From Candidatus Fervidifonticultor primus (GTDB lineage: Bacteria; Sysuimicrobiota; Sysuimicrobiia; Sysuimicrobiales; Humicultoraceae): a stretch of 64,000 nucleotides of DNA. A program made the position numbers and the translations under genes. The stretch covers positions 2,157,384 to 2,221,383 of the forward strand of contig JAVKHP010000001.1 in NCBI GenBank assembly GCA_031459855.1, written 5' to 3'. This document shows positions 11,501-20,422 of this stretch, one piece after another. Below the pieces are notes generated by a model. It worked only from the letters and a program-made list of their open reading frames with translations. It did no database searches and had not been told where the DNA came from. How positions within the stretch are numbered: position 1 is the stretch's first letter; each line of letters opens with the position of its first letter.

Positions 11501-12913
11501 ATGACCGATCCCACGCAACTTGGCGCCGCGGAGCTGGCCGCCGCCATCGCGCGCGGGGCGCTCTCGTGCGTCGACGCGGTGGACGCGTACCTGCGCCGGA
11601 TCGCGGCTGTCGACGACCGGGTCGGGGCGTACGTGCGCGTCTTCGCCGATGCTGCCCGCGCGCGCGCCCGGGATCTGGACGCGCGCCTGCGCGCTGGCGG
11701 CCCCCAGGGCCCGCTGCACGGCGTCCCGGTCGCCGTCAAGGACCTGCTGGCGATCGCCGGCGTGCCCCTGGGCGCGGGGTCGCCGCTGCTGGGCCGCGAG
11801 CCCTCGCGCGAGACGGCGACCGCGGTCCGGCGGCTGGAGGCGGCGGGCGCGGTCGTGCTCGGCCTCACCACCCTGCACGAGGTGGCATTGGGGGTGACCG
11901 GCGTCAACCCGCACGGGCGCTTCGCGCGCAACCCATGGAACCTCGAGCGCATCACCGGCGGCTCCAGCAGCGGGTCCGCCGCCGCGGTCGCCGCCGGGCT
12001 GGCTGTAGCCGCCCTGGGCACCGACACCGGCGGTTCCATCCGTCTGCCCGCGGCGTGTTGCGGGATCGTCGGGCTCAAGCCCACGTTCGGGCGCGTCAGC
12101 CGCCACGGCGTCTTTCCCCTGGCAGCGTCGTTCGACACCGTGGGGCCCATGACGCGCACGGTGGGCGATGCGGCGCTGCTGCTGGAGGTGCTGGCCGGTC
12201 CTGACCCGGCCGACGAGCACACGAGCCGGGTGCCGTCCGAACCGTACACGCGGAGCATGCTGGCGATCCCGGACGGGCTACCGGTGGGCCGCTTGGTGGG
12301 GCCGTTCTTCGAGACCGGGCTCGACCCGGCCGTCGCCCGTGCCCTCGACGACGCGGCACGACTCCTCGAGGACGCCGGGCACCCGGTCAGGCCGGTGCGG
12401 CTGGAGCACGCGGAGGCCGCCCACGAGGCCCAGCTGGTGGTGCTGCGGTGGGAGGCCGCGCGGGTGCACCGGGCCCGCTTTCCGGGACGCGAGGCCGAGT
12501 ACGGCCCCGACGTGCGCGCGATCCTCGCGCAGGGCGCCGCGACGCCGCCCGAGGCCGTGGCCCAGGCCCGCCAGGTGCTCGCGCAGCTGCAGGCCGAGAT
12601 CAGCGCCCGCCTGCGCGAGACCCCGGTGCTACTCGCGCCCATGCTCGCCGTCGCCGCGCCCCGCATTGCCGACGCAGACCCGACCGGTCCGGCCTGGCAG
12701 GAGGTGCGGCGGGTGCTCGCGCGGTTCTCCCGCCTCTTCAACGCGACGGGGCTGCCGGCGATCTCGCTGCCGGTCGGGCTCAGCACCGAGGGGCTGCCGG
12801 TGGCAGTGCAGCTGGCAGCGGGGCCGTTCGCCGAGAGCCTGCTGCTGGGCATCGCGCGCCGTCTCGAAGCGGCAGTGGGGTGGACGCTCCCGGTGTTGCC
12901 CCGCGACGCGTGA
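11501..12913 (+). CDS. amidase-signature family amidase (GatA-like)
   Basis: GVPVAVKDL..., GGSSSGSAAAVAAG, GTDTGGSIRLPAA (amidase signature with the Ser-cisSer-Lys context). Confidence 0.88.
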   Translation: MTDPTQLGAAELAAAIARGALSCVDAVDAYLRRIAAVDDRVGAYVRVFADAARARARDLDARLRAGGPQGPLHGVPVAVKDLLAIAGVPLGAGSPLLGREPSRETATAVRRLEAAGAVVLGLTTLHEVALGVTGVNPHGRFARNPWNLERITGGSSSGSAAAVAAGLAVAALGTDTGGSIRLPAACCGIVGLKPTFGRVSRHGVFPLAASFDTVGPMTRTVGDAALLLEVLAGPDPADEHTSRVPSEPYTRSMLAIPDGLPVGRLVGPFFETGLDPAVARALDDAARLLEDAGHPVRPVRLEHAEAAHEAQLVVLRWEAARVHRARFPGREAEYGPDVRAILAQGAATPPEAVAQARQVLAQLQAEISARLRETPVLLAPMLAVAAPRIADADPTGPAWQEVRRVLARFSRLFNATGLPAISLPVGLSTEGLPVAVQLAAGPFAESLLLGIARRLEAAVGWTLPVLPRDA

Positions 12914-13060
12914 GCGCTGCGGCGTGGCAGCACGTGGGCGGCCCCGCGTGGTGCTGTCGTCCCCGCGAAGCGCAGGAGTCGCTGCGGCCGGCCGCGAACA
13001 CGACGCAGGATTCCATGGGCACCATCCGCACGCCCGATCCCTGACCCGCCGCCTGCGTTC

Positions 13061-14887
13061 ATGAGGACACTCCGTGTGTTGTCGCTGGTCGCGCTGGCCG
13101 CCACCTGGGTGCTGCTGGTGGTGGGGGCGATCGTCAGCGCCACCGGTGCGGGACTGGCGTGCCCCGACTGGCCGCTGTGCCACGGACGCCTGATCCCGCC
13201 GCTGGACCGTCTGGTGCTGATCGAGTACGGCCACCGGCTGCTGGCCTCCGCAGTGGGACTGCTCGTGCTGTGGCTCGCGGTGCTGGCGTGGATGCACAGC
13301 CGCGGCCCAGGCGGGCTCGCGCGGCGCGCGGTGGGGCTCCTGGCCCTGCTGGGCCTGCAGGTGGGCCTGGGCGGTGCCACGGTCCTCTCGTCGCTGACTC
13401 CGGTGGTCGTGGGCGTCCACCTGGGCACGGCGATGGCGTTCACTGGTCTCCTGGCGGCGTTCGCCACGCACGCCCACCGTGCCGGCCACCCGCGTGCGGC
13501 GTCCGCCGGCGGCCCGGGCCTGTCGCGGCTGGCAGCAGTGGCCGTCGCCCTGACGTACGTGCAGATCCTGACCGGAGGGTTCACCAGCGCCTTCGGCGCC
13601 GGCCTGGCCTGCGGCGGCCTGCCGTTGTGCCATGGCGCCGTCGTGCCCGCTGGGCCGCCGCCAGCGGTGCTGCACGCCGTGCACCGCCTGCTGGGGCTCG
13701 CCGTCGTCGCCGTGGTGCTGGTGCTGGCCGCGCGGGGGCGGGCAAGCCCTGAGGCACCGGTGCGCCGTGGTGTCCTGGCGGCCGCAGTCCTCGCGCTGGT
13801 GCAGGTGGGGCTCGGGGTGCTTAACGTCACCACGCGTCTTGCCCTGGAGGTGCGCGTGGCCCACCTGGGCGGTGCCGCGGCGTTGCTGGCGGTGCTGGTG
13901 GCGCTGGCCACCTGGCTGCGGGCTCCGGGCGATGCGCGCGTGTCGGCGGCGCAGCCGTCGGATGGGCGCGCTCTGGCACCGGCGTCGGGCAGCCGCAGTG
14001 CGGCCCCTGTGTCCGGGCACGGTGTGGCGCGCCTGGTGGCCGACTACCTGGCCCTGACGAAGCCGCGCATCGTCGTGCTGCTCCTGCTCACCACGCTCAC
14101 CACCATGGTGGTGGCGGACGGGGGACGTCCCGGCGCGGCGCTCGTGGCGCTCACGCTGCTCGGCGGCGCCCTGGCCGCCGGCAGCGCCAACGCCATCAAC
14201 TGCTACTGCGACCGTGACATCGACGCCCTGATGCGCCGCACGCGCGGCCGCCCCTTGCCCGCGGGCCGCGTCGCCCCGCGCAGCGCCCTGGCCTTCGGGA
14301 TGGCGCTGGCCGTGGCAGCGGTGCTGGTGCTGGGGCTTGGGGTGAACTGGCTGTCGGCGATCCTGGCGGCGGGCGGCATCGTGTTCTACGTGGGCGTCTA
14401 CACCCTGTGGCTCAAACGGAGCACCCCGCAGAACATCGTCATCGGCGGCGCTGCCGGTGCGATTCCACCCCTGGTGGGCTGGGCCGCCGTCACCAACCAG
14501 GTGGCCCTGCCGGCCGTCGTGCTGTTCGCCATCGTCTTCCTATGGACGCCACCGCATTTCTGGGCGCTGGCGCTCCACCGACAGGACGAGTACCGTGCCG
14601 CGGGGGTGCCGATGCTGCCCGTAGTGGCGGGCCCGCAGGAGACCCTGCGCCAGATGGTGCGGTACACCCTGGCCCTGGTGGCGGCGACGCTGGTCCTGGC
14701 GGGCCTGGGCGTGTTGGGCCGACTCTACCTCGTCGCCGCGGTGGTCCTGGCGGTACCGTTCGTCGTGCTGGTGGCGCGGCTGGCGCGGCGTCCCACGCCG
14801 CAGCAGGCGTGGGTGGTCTTCGAGTACTCCGTGGTCTACCTGGGGCTGCTCTTCGCGGCGATGGCGGTCGACCGGCTGGTGGGCTGA
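13061..14887 (+). CDS. ctaA/ctaB: fused heme A synthase (CtaA/COX15, N-terminal) and protoheme IX farnesyltransferase (CtaB/CyoE, C-terminal)
   Basis: The N-terminal half has CPDWPLCHG and GLACGGLPLCHG Cys pairs and His-rich TM helices. The C-terminal half has the UbiA motif NCYCDRDIDALMRRTRGRPL and PPHFWALA. Confidence 0.85.
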   Translation: MRTLRVLSLVALAATWVLLVVGAIVSATGAGLACPDWPLCHGRLIPPLDRLVLIEYGHRLLASAVGLLVLWLAVLAWMHSRGPGGLARRAVGLLALLGLQVGLGGATVLSSLTPVVVGVHLGTAMAFTGLLAAFATHAHRAGHPRAASAGGPGLSRLAAVAVALTYVQILTGGFTSAFGAGLACGGLPLCHGAVVPAGPPPAVLHAVHRLLGLAVVAVVLVLAARGRASPEAPVRRGVLAAAVLALVQVGLGVLNVTTRLALEVRVAHLGGAAALLAVLVALATWLRAPGDARVSAAQPSDGRALAPASGSRSAAPVSGHGVARLVADYLALTKPRIVVLLLLTTLTTMVVADGGRPGAALVALTLLGGALAAGSANAINCYCDRDIDALMRRTRGRPLPAGRVAPRSALAFGMALAVAAVLVLGLGVNWLSAILAAGGIVFYVGVYTLWLKRSTPQNIVIGGAAGAIPPLVGWAAVTNQVALPAVVLFAIVFLWTPPHFWALALHRQDEYRAAGVPMLPVVAGPQETLRQMVRYTLALVAATLVLAGLGVLGRLYLVAAVVLAVPFVVLVARLARRPTPQQAWVVFEYSVVYLGLLFAAMAVDRLVG

Positions 14888-14912
14888 GCCCCCGGGCGGT
14901 CCGGGGCGTGGC

Positions 14913-15004
14913 GGGTACAGGCGCCGGCTGCCGACCTGATGCCGGTCCTTGTGGCTACGGTTGTCGGCTGTGGTGCAGCGTGCAGGGTACAGGCGCCCGC
15001 TGCA
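14913..15004. repeat. two copies of GGGTACAGGCGCCnGCTGC (72-bp period) in a convergent intergenic region
   Basis: The 13-mer GGGTACAGGCGCC occurs at 14913-14925 and 14985-14997, with 18/20 identity over 20 nt. Confidence 0.7.
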
Positions 15005-15081
15005 TACTGCCCTGGGCGCCGCTGCGGGCCAGCTTCACGCCAACGGAATGGGCCGGGGCGGTGCCGGCCGTCCGCGTGCCG

Positions 15082-15516
15082 TCAGCCATGTGCCCCTGGA
15101 AGCACATCGAACCCCAACTCGACGCAGGCATTTCTGATGCGCTGGTCCAGGCTGAGGACGGTCAGCTCCGGGATCGCGGCGCGCACGGCAAGCGCGCTCG
15201 CCAGGTGCAGAGCGTCCAGCGTACGGATCGGTTCGCCCGGGAACGGACGCCGCGCGCGGTCCAGGATCTCCTCCACCACGTTGACCAGGTGCCAGCGCCG
15301 GCTGGCACGGGCCAGGACGCGGCGCCGATCGGCGACCGCCACCGGCGTCAGGTTGTCGACGACCTGGGCCCTGATGAGCGTGCGGTCGGTTTCGACCAGG
15401 GTGAGCACGGAGGTGAACACGTCCTCAGCGCCGATGAGCAGCTGCCTGACATCTTCCCCCGCGTCTTCGCCGAGCAGCCAGGCCAGCACCGCGCTCGATT
15501 CGGCGTAGCATCTCAC
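15082..15516 (-). CDS. vapC: PIN-domain toxin (VapC-like)
   Basis: GTG at 15516 overlaps the antitoxin stop (GTGA). Acidic PIN positions are recognisable (YAESSAV, LVETDR, TLDALHLASA, SLDQRI). Confidence 0.8.
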   Translation of the reverse strand: MRCYAESSAVLAWLLGEDAGEDVRQLLIGAEDVFTSVLTLVETDRTLIRAQVVDNLTPVAVADRRRVLARASRRWHLVNVVEEILDRARRPFPGEPIRTLDALHLASALAVRAAIPELTVLSLDQRIRNACVELGFDVLPGAHG

Positions 15517-15803
15517 CGCGTGCCCCGCTCGGCCTCCAGGAGTTCCCGCGACGTCGTGGAGCGGAGCAGGGGAGGCTGCGGTGGATAGACCCCGGGGATG
15601 TTGGGAGCGCCAGGTGCCAGCAGGCCACGCCGCGCCAGGTGCGCGATGGCGGCCGGCACCCGCGTGCCCGGCGTCAACCCCGGAGGATGGAGTTCTGCCA
15701 CCACCTGCCCGCGATCGGTCACCGCGATCGACCGGCCGGCGCGCACCTCTCGCACGTAGGCGCTGAGGCGGTTCTTCAACTCCCGCAGCCCAACGGTCTT
15801 CAC
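15513..15803 (-). CDS. vapB: Phd/YefM-type antitoxin
   Basis: MKTVGLRELKNRLSAYVREVRAGRSIAVTDRGQVVAEL is a textbook Phd/YefM N-terminus. 4-bp overlap with the PIN gene. Confidence 0.8.
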   Translation of the reverse strand: MKTVGLRELKNRLSAYVREVRAGRSIAVTDRGQVVAELHPPGLTPGTRVPAAIAHLARRGLLAPGAPNIPGVYPPQPPLLRSTTSRELLEAERGTR

Positions 15804-15873
15804 GGCAACAATGTAGCCTCAAGAAGCCACATTGTCCAGGTCCAGCTCGCGTGAGCGCTGCGCCGGTGCGCGC

Positions 15874-16170
15874 CTAGCGCATGCGGTGCACGCTCAGGGC
15901 GTCGGGGCCGATGAACGCAAACATCACCACCGCCAGCAGCGCCATCGGCACCACCACGGCGTAGACCAGGGTCAGCCGCTCGTAGGCCAGGTGCATGAAG
16001 TAGGCCATGATCAGGGCGGCCTTCATCAGGGCCAGCACGACCAGCGCCGTCACCAGCACGGCCCGGGGCACGCCCACCAGGACGATGGCGACCTCCAGCA
16101 GCGTGATGACCAACAGCCAGAACCAGGTGATGGCGTAGATCCGGTACCCGCGGTGATGCTCGTCGGCCAC
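15874..16170 (-). CDS. ctaF: cytochrome c oxidase subunit IV (prokaryotic COX4/CtaF family)
   Basis: 98 aa with 3 predicted TM helices; LMKAALIMAYFMHL resembles the CtaF/CyoD family core. Last gene of the cta operon. Confidence 0.72.
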   Translation of the reverse strand: MADEHHRGYRIYAITWFWLLVITLLEVAIVLVGVPRAVLVTALVVLALMKAALIMAYFMHLAYERLTLVYAVVVPMALLAVVMFAFIGPDALSVHRMR

Positions 16171-16182
16171 GGCGTCCCTCCG

Positions 16183-16797
16183 TCAGATCAGGTACAGCAG
16201 CGTGAAGATGAAGACCCAGACCAGGTCCACGAAGTGCCAGTACAGCCCGGCGATCTCCACGCTCTCGGGCTGGATCGTCCCGCGCCGCCAGCGCAGGGCG
16301 GTGAGCAGCAGGTAGATCACTCCTGCCGTCACGTGCCCGCCGTGGAACCCGGTGATGACGAAGAACGTCGCCGAGAACTGCGGGATGCCCCAGGGGTTGG
16401 TGAACAGGCGGGCCCCCTCGCCGATGAAGTGCGTCCATTCGTAGGCCTGGGCGCCCAGGAAGAACAGGCCGCCCAGGACCGTCAACAGCAGGTACCGCAG
16501 CACCCGGGGCCGGTCGCCGGCCCGGGCGGCGCCCACGGCGACCGCCATGGTGGCGCTGCTGCAGATGAGGATGAACGTCATGAGGCTGACGAGCCCGATG
16601 TTGAAGATCTCGAACTGGTGCACCCACCGGCCGAGCGCCAGGCGCACGGCGCCATACCCGGTCAGCAGGCCCGCGAACGTCAGGGTGTCGGAGATCAGGA
16701 ACAGCCACATCATGAACTTCGGCCAGCCCACCGCGAAGGGCGACTGCCCGCCGCCCCACTCGGCCGCCAGCGTGGTGCGATGCTCTCCTGCGCTCAC
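16183..16797 (-). CDS. ctaE: cytochrome c oxidase subunit III
   Basis: FFVITGFHGGHVTAGV and YWHFVDLVWVFIFTLLYL. Start trimmed to the GTG at 16797, which follows a GAGGAGGAG SD. Confidence 0.85.
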   Translation of the reverse strand: MSAGEHRTTLAAEWGGGQSPFAVGWPKFMMWLFLISDTLTFAGLLTGYGAVRLALGRWVHQFEIFNIGLVSLMTFILICSSATMAVAVGAARAGDRPRVLRYLLLTVLGGLFFLGAQAYEWTHFIGEGARLFTNPWGIPQFSATFFVITGFHGGHVTAGVIYLLLTALRWRRGTIQPESVEIAGLYWHFVDLVWVFIFTLLYLI

Positions 16798-16897
16798 GGT
16801 CTCCTCCTCGTCCGACGGCACTGGTCGTCTGCCCGGACGCTGCCGCCACGATGGCGCCCGCTCCCACGCCACCTGCCGCGGGCTGCGCCCCGCCGGT

Positions 16898-17539
16898 CTA
16901 CGTCCAGAACAGGATCACCAGCAGGTACAGCCACAGGACGTCCACGAAGTGCCAGTACACTGCAACCGTCGTCAGGGTCGCCGCCTGCGCCGTCGTCGGC
17001 ACCGCGACCCTGCCTGCGCGCCACCACGCGTAGCCCAGGGCCACGAGCCCGCCCGCCAGGTGCAGGCCGTGGGCGCCCGTCAAGAGATAGAAGAAATCGC
17101 TGTGCGGGCTGGTCGCCAGGTAGACGCCGGCAGCCACCAGCGCCCGCCACGCCATCACCTGCCCGACCAGGAACCCCGCCCCCAGCAATGCGGCCACCGC
17201 CGTCGCCCGCCGCGCCGCCGCTTTGCGGCCCCGGGGCGCCGCCCGGCGCGCGACCTCCAGCGCGGCGCTGCTGGCCAACAGCATCGCCGTGTTGACCCAG
17301 AGGATCGGCGGCATCGCCACCGGCCGCCAGTCGGCCAGGGTCCGACGGGCGAGGTACGTGCTGCTGAACGACGCGAACAGGATGGTCACGACGCCCACCA
17401 GCAGCCAGGTCGCCACGCGTGCCGGCTGCAGCGCGGGTGCGCCGTCGCCCGGACCGCGCCCGGGTCCCTCGCCGGCCGCTGGCCCGTGCGGGGGCGGACG
17501 GTCGGCGCGCGGTTTCTCCAGGGTCTGGAGGGCGCTCAC
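16898..17539 (-). CDS. second heme-copper oxidase subunit III-family protein
   Basis: YLLTGAHGLHLAGG and YWHFVDVLWLYLLVILFW. About 5 TM helices; lies in tandem with ctaE. Confidence 0.75.
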   Translation of the reverse strand: MSALQTLEKPRADRPPPHGPAAGEGPGRGPGDGAPALQPARVATWLLVGVVTILFASFSSTYLARRTLADWRPVAMPPILWVNTAMLLASSAALEVARRAAPRGRKAAARRATAVAALLGAGFLVGQVMAWRALVAAGVYLATSPHSDFFYLLTGAHGLHLAGGLVALGYAWWRAGRVAVPTTAQAATLTTVAVYWHFVDVLWLYLLVILFWT

Positions 17540-17683
17540 GGCCTATCCACCCGCTGCTGCGCGCCGACCGCGGCGCGCGGGGCTGCCGTCACGGATCCGC
17601 TGGCCCGCCGCGACGCGAGCCGACATCCCGCTGACGCTCGTGCCGACGAGAGAGGCCGTCACGGGTGATCCTCCGGTGCGCCA

Positions 17684-19483
17684 CTACGCGTGCCCGCCAT
17701 GCCCGTGGGCCGGCGCGGCGACCGCCGCGGCCGGCGTGGTCTGGGGGATGAAGTCCTCGGGGGCGCCGGGCACGCTGTAGTCGTACGCCCACCGGTGCAC
17801 CTCGGGCTCGACGGCGCCCCAGTTGCCGTGGGGTGGGGGCGACGGTGCCTGCCACTCCAGGGTCGTGGCCCGCCACGGGTTGCGCTCGGCCCGCGGACCC
17901 CAGAACAGGCTGTAGACGAAGTTGGCGATGAACAGCAGCTGTGCCAGGCCCAGCCCGAACGCGGCGATGGAGATGGCGGTGTTCAGGGGCTGGACGTCCC
18001 GCAGGCGCTCGAACAGCTGGTACGCGTAGTAGCGGCGGGTGACGCCCGCGAAGCCCAGGAAGTGCATGGGGAAGAACGTGGCGTAGATGCCGATGAACGT
18101 CAGCCAGAAGTGCAGGCGGCCCAACCGCTCGTTCAGCATCCGGCCGAACATCTTGGGGAACCAGTGGTAGACGCCTGCGAAGACGCCGAACATGGCGGCG
18201 CTGGCCATCACGAAGTGGAAGTGCGCCACCACGAAGTAGGTGTCGTGCATCTGGATGTCCACCGGCGGCTGGGCCAGGAAGACCCCGGTGAGCCCGCCCG
18301 TGACGAACAGCGAGACGAAGCCGATGGCGAAGAGCATGGCCGGGGTGAACCGGATGCGGGCCCGCCACAGCGTCGCCAGCCAGTTGAACGTCTTCACGGC
18401 CGAGGGCACGGCGATGGCCAGGGTGGTGGTCATGAAGGCCATGCCGACCAGCGGGTGCATGCCGCTGGTGTACATGTGGTGGCCCCAGACCAGGAACGAG
18501 AGGATGCCGATCGCCGCCATGGACCCCACCATGAAGGGGTAGCCGAAGATGGGCTTGCGGCTGTTGGCTGCCAGGATGTCCGAGACCATGCCCATCGGCG
18601 GCAGGATGAGCACGTAGACCTCGGGATGCCCCAGGAACCAGAACAGGTGCTGCCAGAGGATGGGGTTCCCGCCGGTGTGCGACAGCAGCTGCCCGCCCAC
18701 CACCACCTCGGGCACGAAGAAGCTGGTCCCGGCCAGCCGGTCGAACAGCAGCATGATCACCGCCGCGGTCAGCACCGGGAACGACAGCAGCATGAGCAGC
18801 GCCGTGATGAACATGGCCCAGATCGTCAGCGGCAGGCGCAGCATGGACATGCCCCGCGCCCGCAGCTGGAGCACCGTGGTGATGTAGTTCAAGCCGCCGA
18901 ACAGGAACGCCAGGATCAACACCACCAGGCTCAGCAGCCACAGCGTCTGCCCCAGGCCCGACCCCGGCGCGGCCTGCGCGACGGCCGACAGCGGCGGGTA
19001 GGCGGTCCAGCCGCTGCTCGGCGCGCCACCGGTCACGACGAACGCCGCCAGCAGCAGGACCACGGCCGGCGGGTACAGCCAGTACGAGAGGGCGTTCATG
19101 AAGGGGAACGCCATGTCCCGGGCGCCGATCTGCAGCGGGATCAGGAAGTTGCCAAATCCCCCCGACAGCGCCGTGGTCAGCACGAAGAAGATCATGATGG
19201 TGCCGTGCATGGTGACCAGCGCCAGGTAGAAGTCGGGCTTCAGCACCCCGTTCTGGAAGCCCCCGGGCATGAGGGCCTGCAGCTCCGGCCAGCGCCACCC
19301 GGGGAACCCCAGCTGCAGCCGGATCAGCATGGCCAGCACCCCGCCGATCAGCGCCATCACCATCGACGTCAGCAGGTACTGGATGCCGATGATCTTGTGG
19401 TCGAGGCTGAAGATGTACTTGCGGAAGAAGCCCAGCTCGTGCTCGACGTGCTCGGTGGTGGCCGCGGCGTGCGAAGTACTCAT
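17684..19483 (-). CDS. ctaD: cytochrome c oxidase subunit I
   Basis: Typical subunit I throughout its 599 aa (WFLGHPEVYVLILP, HHMYT, VVAHFHFV). GAGGAG SD upstream. Confidence 0.95.
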   Translation of the reverse strand: MSTSHAAATTEHVEHELGFFRKYIFSLDHKIIGIQYLLTSMVMALIGGVLAMLIRLQLGFPGWRWPELQALMPGGFQNGVLKPDFYLALVTMHGTIMIFFVLTTALSGGFGNFLIPLQIGARDMAFPFMNALSYWLYPPAVVLLLAAFVVTGGAPSSGWTAYPPLSAVAQAAPGSGLGQTLWLLSLVVLILAFLFGGLNYITTVLQLRARGMSMLRLPLTIWAMFITALLMLLSFPVLTAAVIMLLFDRLAGTSFFVPEVVVGGQLLSHTGGNPILWQHLFWFLGHPEVYVLILPPMGMVSDILAANSRKPIFGYPFMVGSMAAIGILSFLVWGHHMYTSGMHPLVGMAFMTTTLAIAVPSAVKTFNWLATLWRARIRFTPAMLFAIGFVSLFVTGGLTGVFLAQPPVDIQMHDTYFVVAHFHFVMASAAMFGVFAGVYHWFPKMFGRMLNERLGRLHFWLTFIGIYATFFPMHFLGFAGVTRRYYAYQLFERLRDVQPLNTAISIAAFGLGLAQLLFIANFVYSLFWGPRAERNPWRATTLEWQAPSPPPHGNWGAVEPEVHRWAYDYSVPGAPEDFIPQTTPAAAVAAPAHGHGGHA

Positions 19484-19514
19484 CGGTTCCGACTCCTCAC
19501 GCGAGGGATGGGCG

Positions 19515-20354
19515 CTACCGCGCCGGGGGCAGGGCCGGTTTCTGCTGGCCCAGCCACGCCTGGAACGCGTCAGGGCCCTCGACGATCACCCTGCCGCGCA
19601 TCACGTAGTGGCCGACGCCGCACAGCTCGGCGCAGGCGATCTCGTAGACGCCGGTCTTCGTGGGGACGAACCAGGTCTCCACGGTCATGCCGGGCACCGC
19701 GTCCTGTTTGACCCGGAACTCGGCGACGAAGAAGCTGTGGATCACGTCGCGGGCCCGTACCCGCACCCGCACCGGGCGGTCCACCACCAGGTGGAGGTCG
19801 CGGGTGACGAGGTCGTCGGCCGCGGCCGGGTCGGCGGGGTCGAGCCCCCAGGGGTTCCGCCGCGGGTCGATGAGCTTCGGGTCCGTCCGCCCGAACCGCC
19901 CGTCGGGGCCCGGGTAGCGGAACTGCCAGGCGAACTGCTCGCCGCGGACTTCGACCACCATGGCGTCGGAGGGGGGCGCGCGGTGGATCTTCGACCAGAC
20001 CACGCCGCTCATCGAGACCATCACGGCCAGCCCCACGGCCGGCACGAGGGTGTAGGTGAGCTCCAGCCGCCGGTGCTCGTGCCAGTGCGCGGCCCGCTCG
20101 TCACCCCGGGCGCCGTGCCGCCACACCAGGTACCCCAGGAACGCGTGGACCAGGACGAAGATGGCGCCGGTGATCCACAGCGTGCTGTAGAAGAGGCGGT
20201 CGATCAGCACGCCGTGCGCCGACGCAACCGGCGGCAGCCACCAGCGACCACGGGCGTAGAGCGTGAACGCCACGCCGAGGGCCACGGTGGCGAAGATCAG
20301 CGCCGCGACCTTGGCCGCCGTGCGGCGCTCGTCCGCGTGGGTGGGGATGGGCAT
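19515..20354 (-). CDS. ctaC: cytochrome c oxidase subunit II (CuA type, no fused cytochrome c domain)
   Basis: CuA motif DVIHSF...CAELCGVGHYVM. The ATG at 20354 is preferred over the TTG at 20363. Confidence 0.9.
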   Translation of the reverse strand: MPIPTHADERRTAAKVAALIFATVALGVAFTLYARGRWWLPPVASAHGVLIDRLFYSTLWITGAIFVLVHAFLGYLVWRHGARGDERAAHWHEHRRLELTYTLVPAVGLAVMVSMSGVVWSKIHRAPPSDAMVVEVRGEQFAWQFRYPGPDGRFGRTDPKLIDPRRNPWGLDPADPAAADDLVTRDLHLVVDRPVRVRVRARDVIHSFFVAEFRVKQDAVPGMTVETWFVPTKTGVYEIACAELCGVGHYVMRGRVIVEGPDAFQAWLGQQKPALPPAR

Positions 20355-20393
20355 GCGTGCCAACCTCGGTCAGCGGTCTGGGGTCGTGCGACA

Positions 20394-20422
20394 AGTGTAC
20401 CAATTGGCGCCGCGGATGCCAA
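20394..20422 (-). promoter_or_regulatory. candidate sigmaA promoter for ctaC operon (TTGGCA-17-TACACT)
   Basis: Reverse complement of TGCCAA (20417-20422) and AGTGTA (20394-20399), with exactly 17 nt between them. Sits about 40 nt upstream of the ctaC start. Confidence 0.45.

Noticed and set aside
14890-14906. The CCCCGG-n5-CCGGGG hairpin just after the ctaA/ctaB stop as an intrinsic terminator.
   Set aside because: The stem is only 6 bp and there is no U-tract. Comparable GC palindromes are frequent at this composition, so it is too weak to annotate.
17543-17662. The 39-codon ORF between ctaD and the subunit III paralog as a real small oxidase subunit.
   Set aside because: Its product is hydrophilic and Arg/Ala-rich, unlike known small membrane subunits. 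ORFs of this length arise by chance at this GC content. It is kept only as a low-priority note inside a finding.
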